Assembly: GCA_043228905.1 (NCBI GenBank)
Contig: JBHGNT010000001.1
Location: 11,532,001 to 11,596,000 of the forward strand
Source of the DNA: Azolla caroliniana
Lineage: Eukaryota; Plantae; Polypodiophyta
DNA length: 64,000 nucleotides
Direction of reading: 5' to 3'
This document shows positions 61,566 to 64,000 of this stretch, in pieces (position 1 is the stretch's first letter; the number at the start of each line of letters is the position of its first letter). Both the position numbers and the translations under genes were made by a program. The notes under the pieces were generated by a model. It had not been told where the DNA came from. It saw nothing but the letters and a program-made list of their open reading frames with translations, and did no database searches.

Positions 61566-64000
61566 TTTTAAAAGCAAGCAAACTCTTCTTCTTGCGCATG
61601 CACTATGTGTTGAGATTGAGACAACATGGCACTAATTCGATTGCATTCTAGGTACTTCTTTCTCTGCCTCTGCCTCCTCTTCTTCTGCAGGCAACAACAT
61701 GCTAAGTTATATCTCCTTTTTTTCTTCTTTGTCTTGTTGCCTTATCTTATTTTAATTTTAGGAAAGTGCCATAGTGAATGGTGATGGTCAATGGAAGGCT
61801 TACAAGTTTAAAAGCAAGGAAAATGAAGGATAATAATGGAGTTCCATCATGTGTCTATGACCAACAAATTGTGCTTATTAGTTCTCATAGTAATGAACAT
61901 AGCCATACCATACATTTTAAGAAAACCCCTCTAGTGGAGCGTTCTAGTTGCCTTGAAATGGGCAACAATGGGGACAAATATTGTCCAAGACTCAATATGG
62001 ACAGAAAAGATATTGCTTATTTTTGGAGGGGAACTAGCAAAAATAGGTATTTAGTCAAGTATGGTTGTGGTTCGATGCCTATGATTCGATGGTTCACTCC
62101 TAAACTCAAGATTTGACCCAAATGAAGACCCATCTTAACCCATTCTCTCACTCTCTCTTCCTCTCCAAATTTCAACCATAAGCACATACTCTCGAGCTCC
62201 CAAGAGGATGCCTCCCACATGTACAATATGACATCACTCTAGCACATACTCTTCAAGTCAATATATCTCTATAGACTATTACTTCATATCTCATTATACC
62301 ATTGGTTCTTGAAGTCGGGCCCTTCTTGACTAGGAGCCACATTAAGCCAATAAAATCTTCCACAAGAGTTGAAGTTGCACAAAATATAATCATTTGAAAA
62401 AAACTAAATAAATTCTTATGTGAATTGTTCACCATTCTCTAGAAAATCAATGTAACCTATTTTATAATGGTTCTACTTTCTTCAAAGACTTGGGATCCTA
62501 TCTTTTATTTCATTCAATACATGCCCTTAAAAAAAAGTCATATTAAGTGTGAATGTTTTTTGTGTACGGTCATTGTTACTTTGGTTTGGAACAAGACATA
62601 TCATGTTATGCGAAAATGTGAAAGCATTATCTTTATCAATCAAATAAGAAAATCTCCCAACAAGTCCCATTGGATGAACTTATTACTATAGTTTCAAATT
62701 TGGGCATTAGTTTTGTTCGATATTTATTTTCAAATATGATGGTTTGATGTTAATTTCCATGCCAGACACCATAAAATTATGGGTTCAAGTCTCAAGCAAA
62801 GGGCTCGATGTTGTACCATTATAAATTTGTTGTGTCTTTGTAAGTAGAGCTTTATTTCCATGGTAAGTTTGTTGTTCGTATTTGTTATAAAAAGATGGTG
62901 CATGCTAAGAGTTTACTTGTACAATACAAGGCAACCCAAAGGAGTGAAAATGATAGCATAAAAAGGCAAAGTAACATAATATTTCCTAATGAAGGCAAGC
63001 ACTTGGATGAAAATGATAGCCTAAAAAAAGCAATGTAATAAAACTTTCCACACAAAGGCAAGCATCAATCGTTTTCAAATTTGAATCGGCAATTCATAGC
63101 ACAAACGCAATGCAAAAATGGTAGGAATAGGGTGAAGGTGCATCCATCCATACATTAATACATATATGATATATGCATATATGTACTTGTGTGGATGTTT
63201 AAGATGGGCTATCCATACTCGGAATGTGCATGTGTGGATATAGTATGTATGCACAATTGCGTAATGAATGTGTATTTCTTTTGTTTCTTACGAGTAATAT
63301 AGTTCATGTATGTACTATCATATGCACCACACAATATATGTTAGCAACGACATGTTCAAAACCTAGTTTCTCATAAATAGGGACATCTTGCTAATAAGAA
63401 GATTGTAGAGTTTGACAAACTAATAAGCGTTGTGATGAGTTAACAATGAGGCAATCTCCATTATGCATTGATACTTAATCAAGTTAGTCAAAAGATCGAA
63501 AAAATAGACCCCATCATTGAAGAGGAAGATTTTCTTGGTCTAGCTTTGTTGAATGGAACTTAACATACAAGAAATACAACTAAATTTGAACGCTTTGGAA
63601 ATTGCACTCTCAAGTTTGTGCATTCATCATTGAATGGGATGTGGCTGCCAAGTAAAGAAAACAATATTAAATGTAAACTATGTATACATAAACTTCTTGT
63701 CATCACGTGACAATCATATTGGGTTAAACGCACTTACTAAATATAATGGGCTAATCAAGGATACTTTTCGTACAATGCACTCAAGGTGGGCACATAAATT
63801 ATAGGAGAATGAAGGCAGATCTAAGCGAGTAAACCCTAACATCGTGATGTTGTTTTATGATCTAAAACAAGCAGAAAATAAAGGAAGAGAAATTGACATA
63901 AGCTTCCAAGGGTTATGAATTTTTTGCTAGAATTGCTATAGCTATATAACTAGAAATGTGTGACTAGTTTGCTAGAAGTGTCCCTCAGCCATTTATGATA

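Noticed and set aside
61600-64000. Possible transposase or gene remnants (DT*WNS-like motif near 61850)
   Set aside because: No continuous frame or termini found; needs a homology search.

Overview
Eukaryotic nuclear DNA from a land plant. The (AG)n-rich background, PLS-PPR remnant and TE families suggest a fern or other seed-free plant, which is inference only. Two intact host genes lie tail-to-tail: a five-coding-exon ATG8 (+, 18774-20219, 119 aa) and a three-exon INDETERMINATE DOMAIN (IDD) zinc-finger gene (-, 31787-26468, about 811 aa) with an unusual repeat-expanded middle. The rest is mostly nested transposons. The 1-13.6 kb region holds three Copia elements nested inside one another. 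Two L1-like LINEs of one family have TSDs; one holds a solo LTR, and the other holds a 1.66 kb non-autonomous retroposon carrying a PPR fragment. A 24.7 kb block (36227-60974) is bracketed by the two halves of one hAT MITE. It contains an old L1 interrupted by a younger L1 (itself holding a solo LTR and a chromovirus), a pogo-like MITE, hAT MITEs, an RTE-like LINE and a near-intact hAT transposon. The strongest hunt signals are: (1) the chromovirus appears to self-prime and carries a tRNA-like Pol III cassette in both LTRs; (2) a LINE-tailed chimeric PPR retroposon; (3) a covarying 3' hairpin shared by RTE-like LINE ends; (4) the 37-aa repeat array in the IDD protein. All coordinates were counted by hand and may be off by a few bases.
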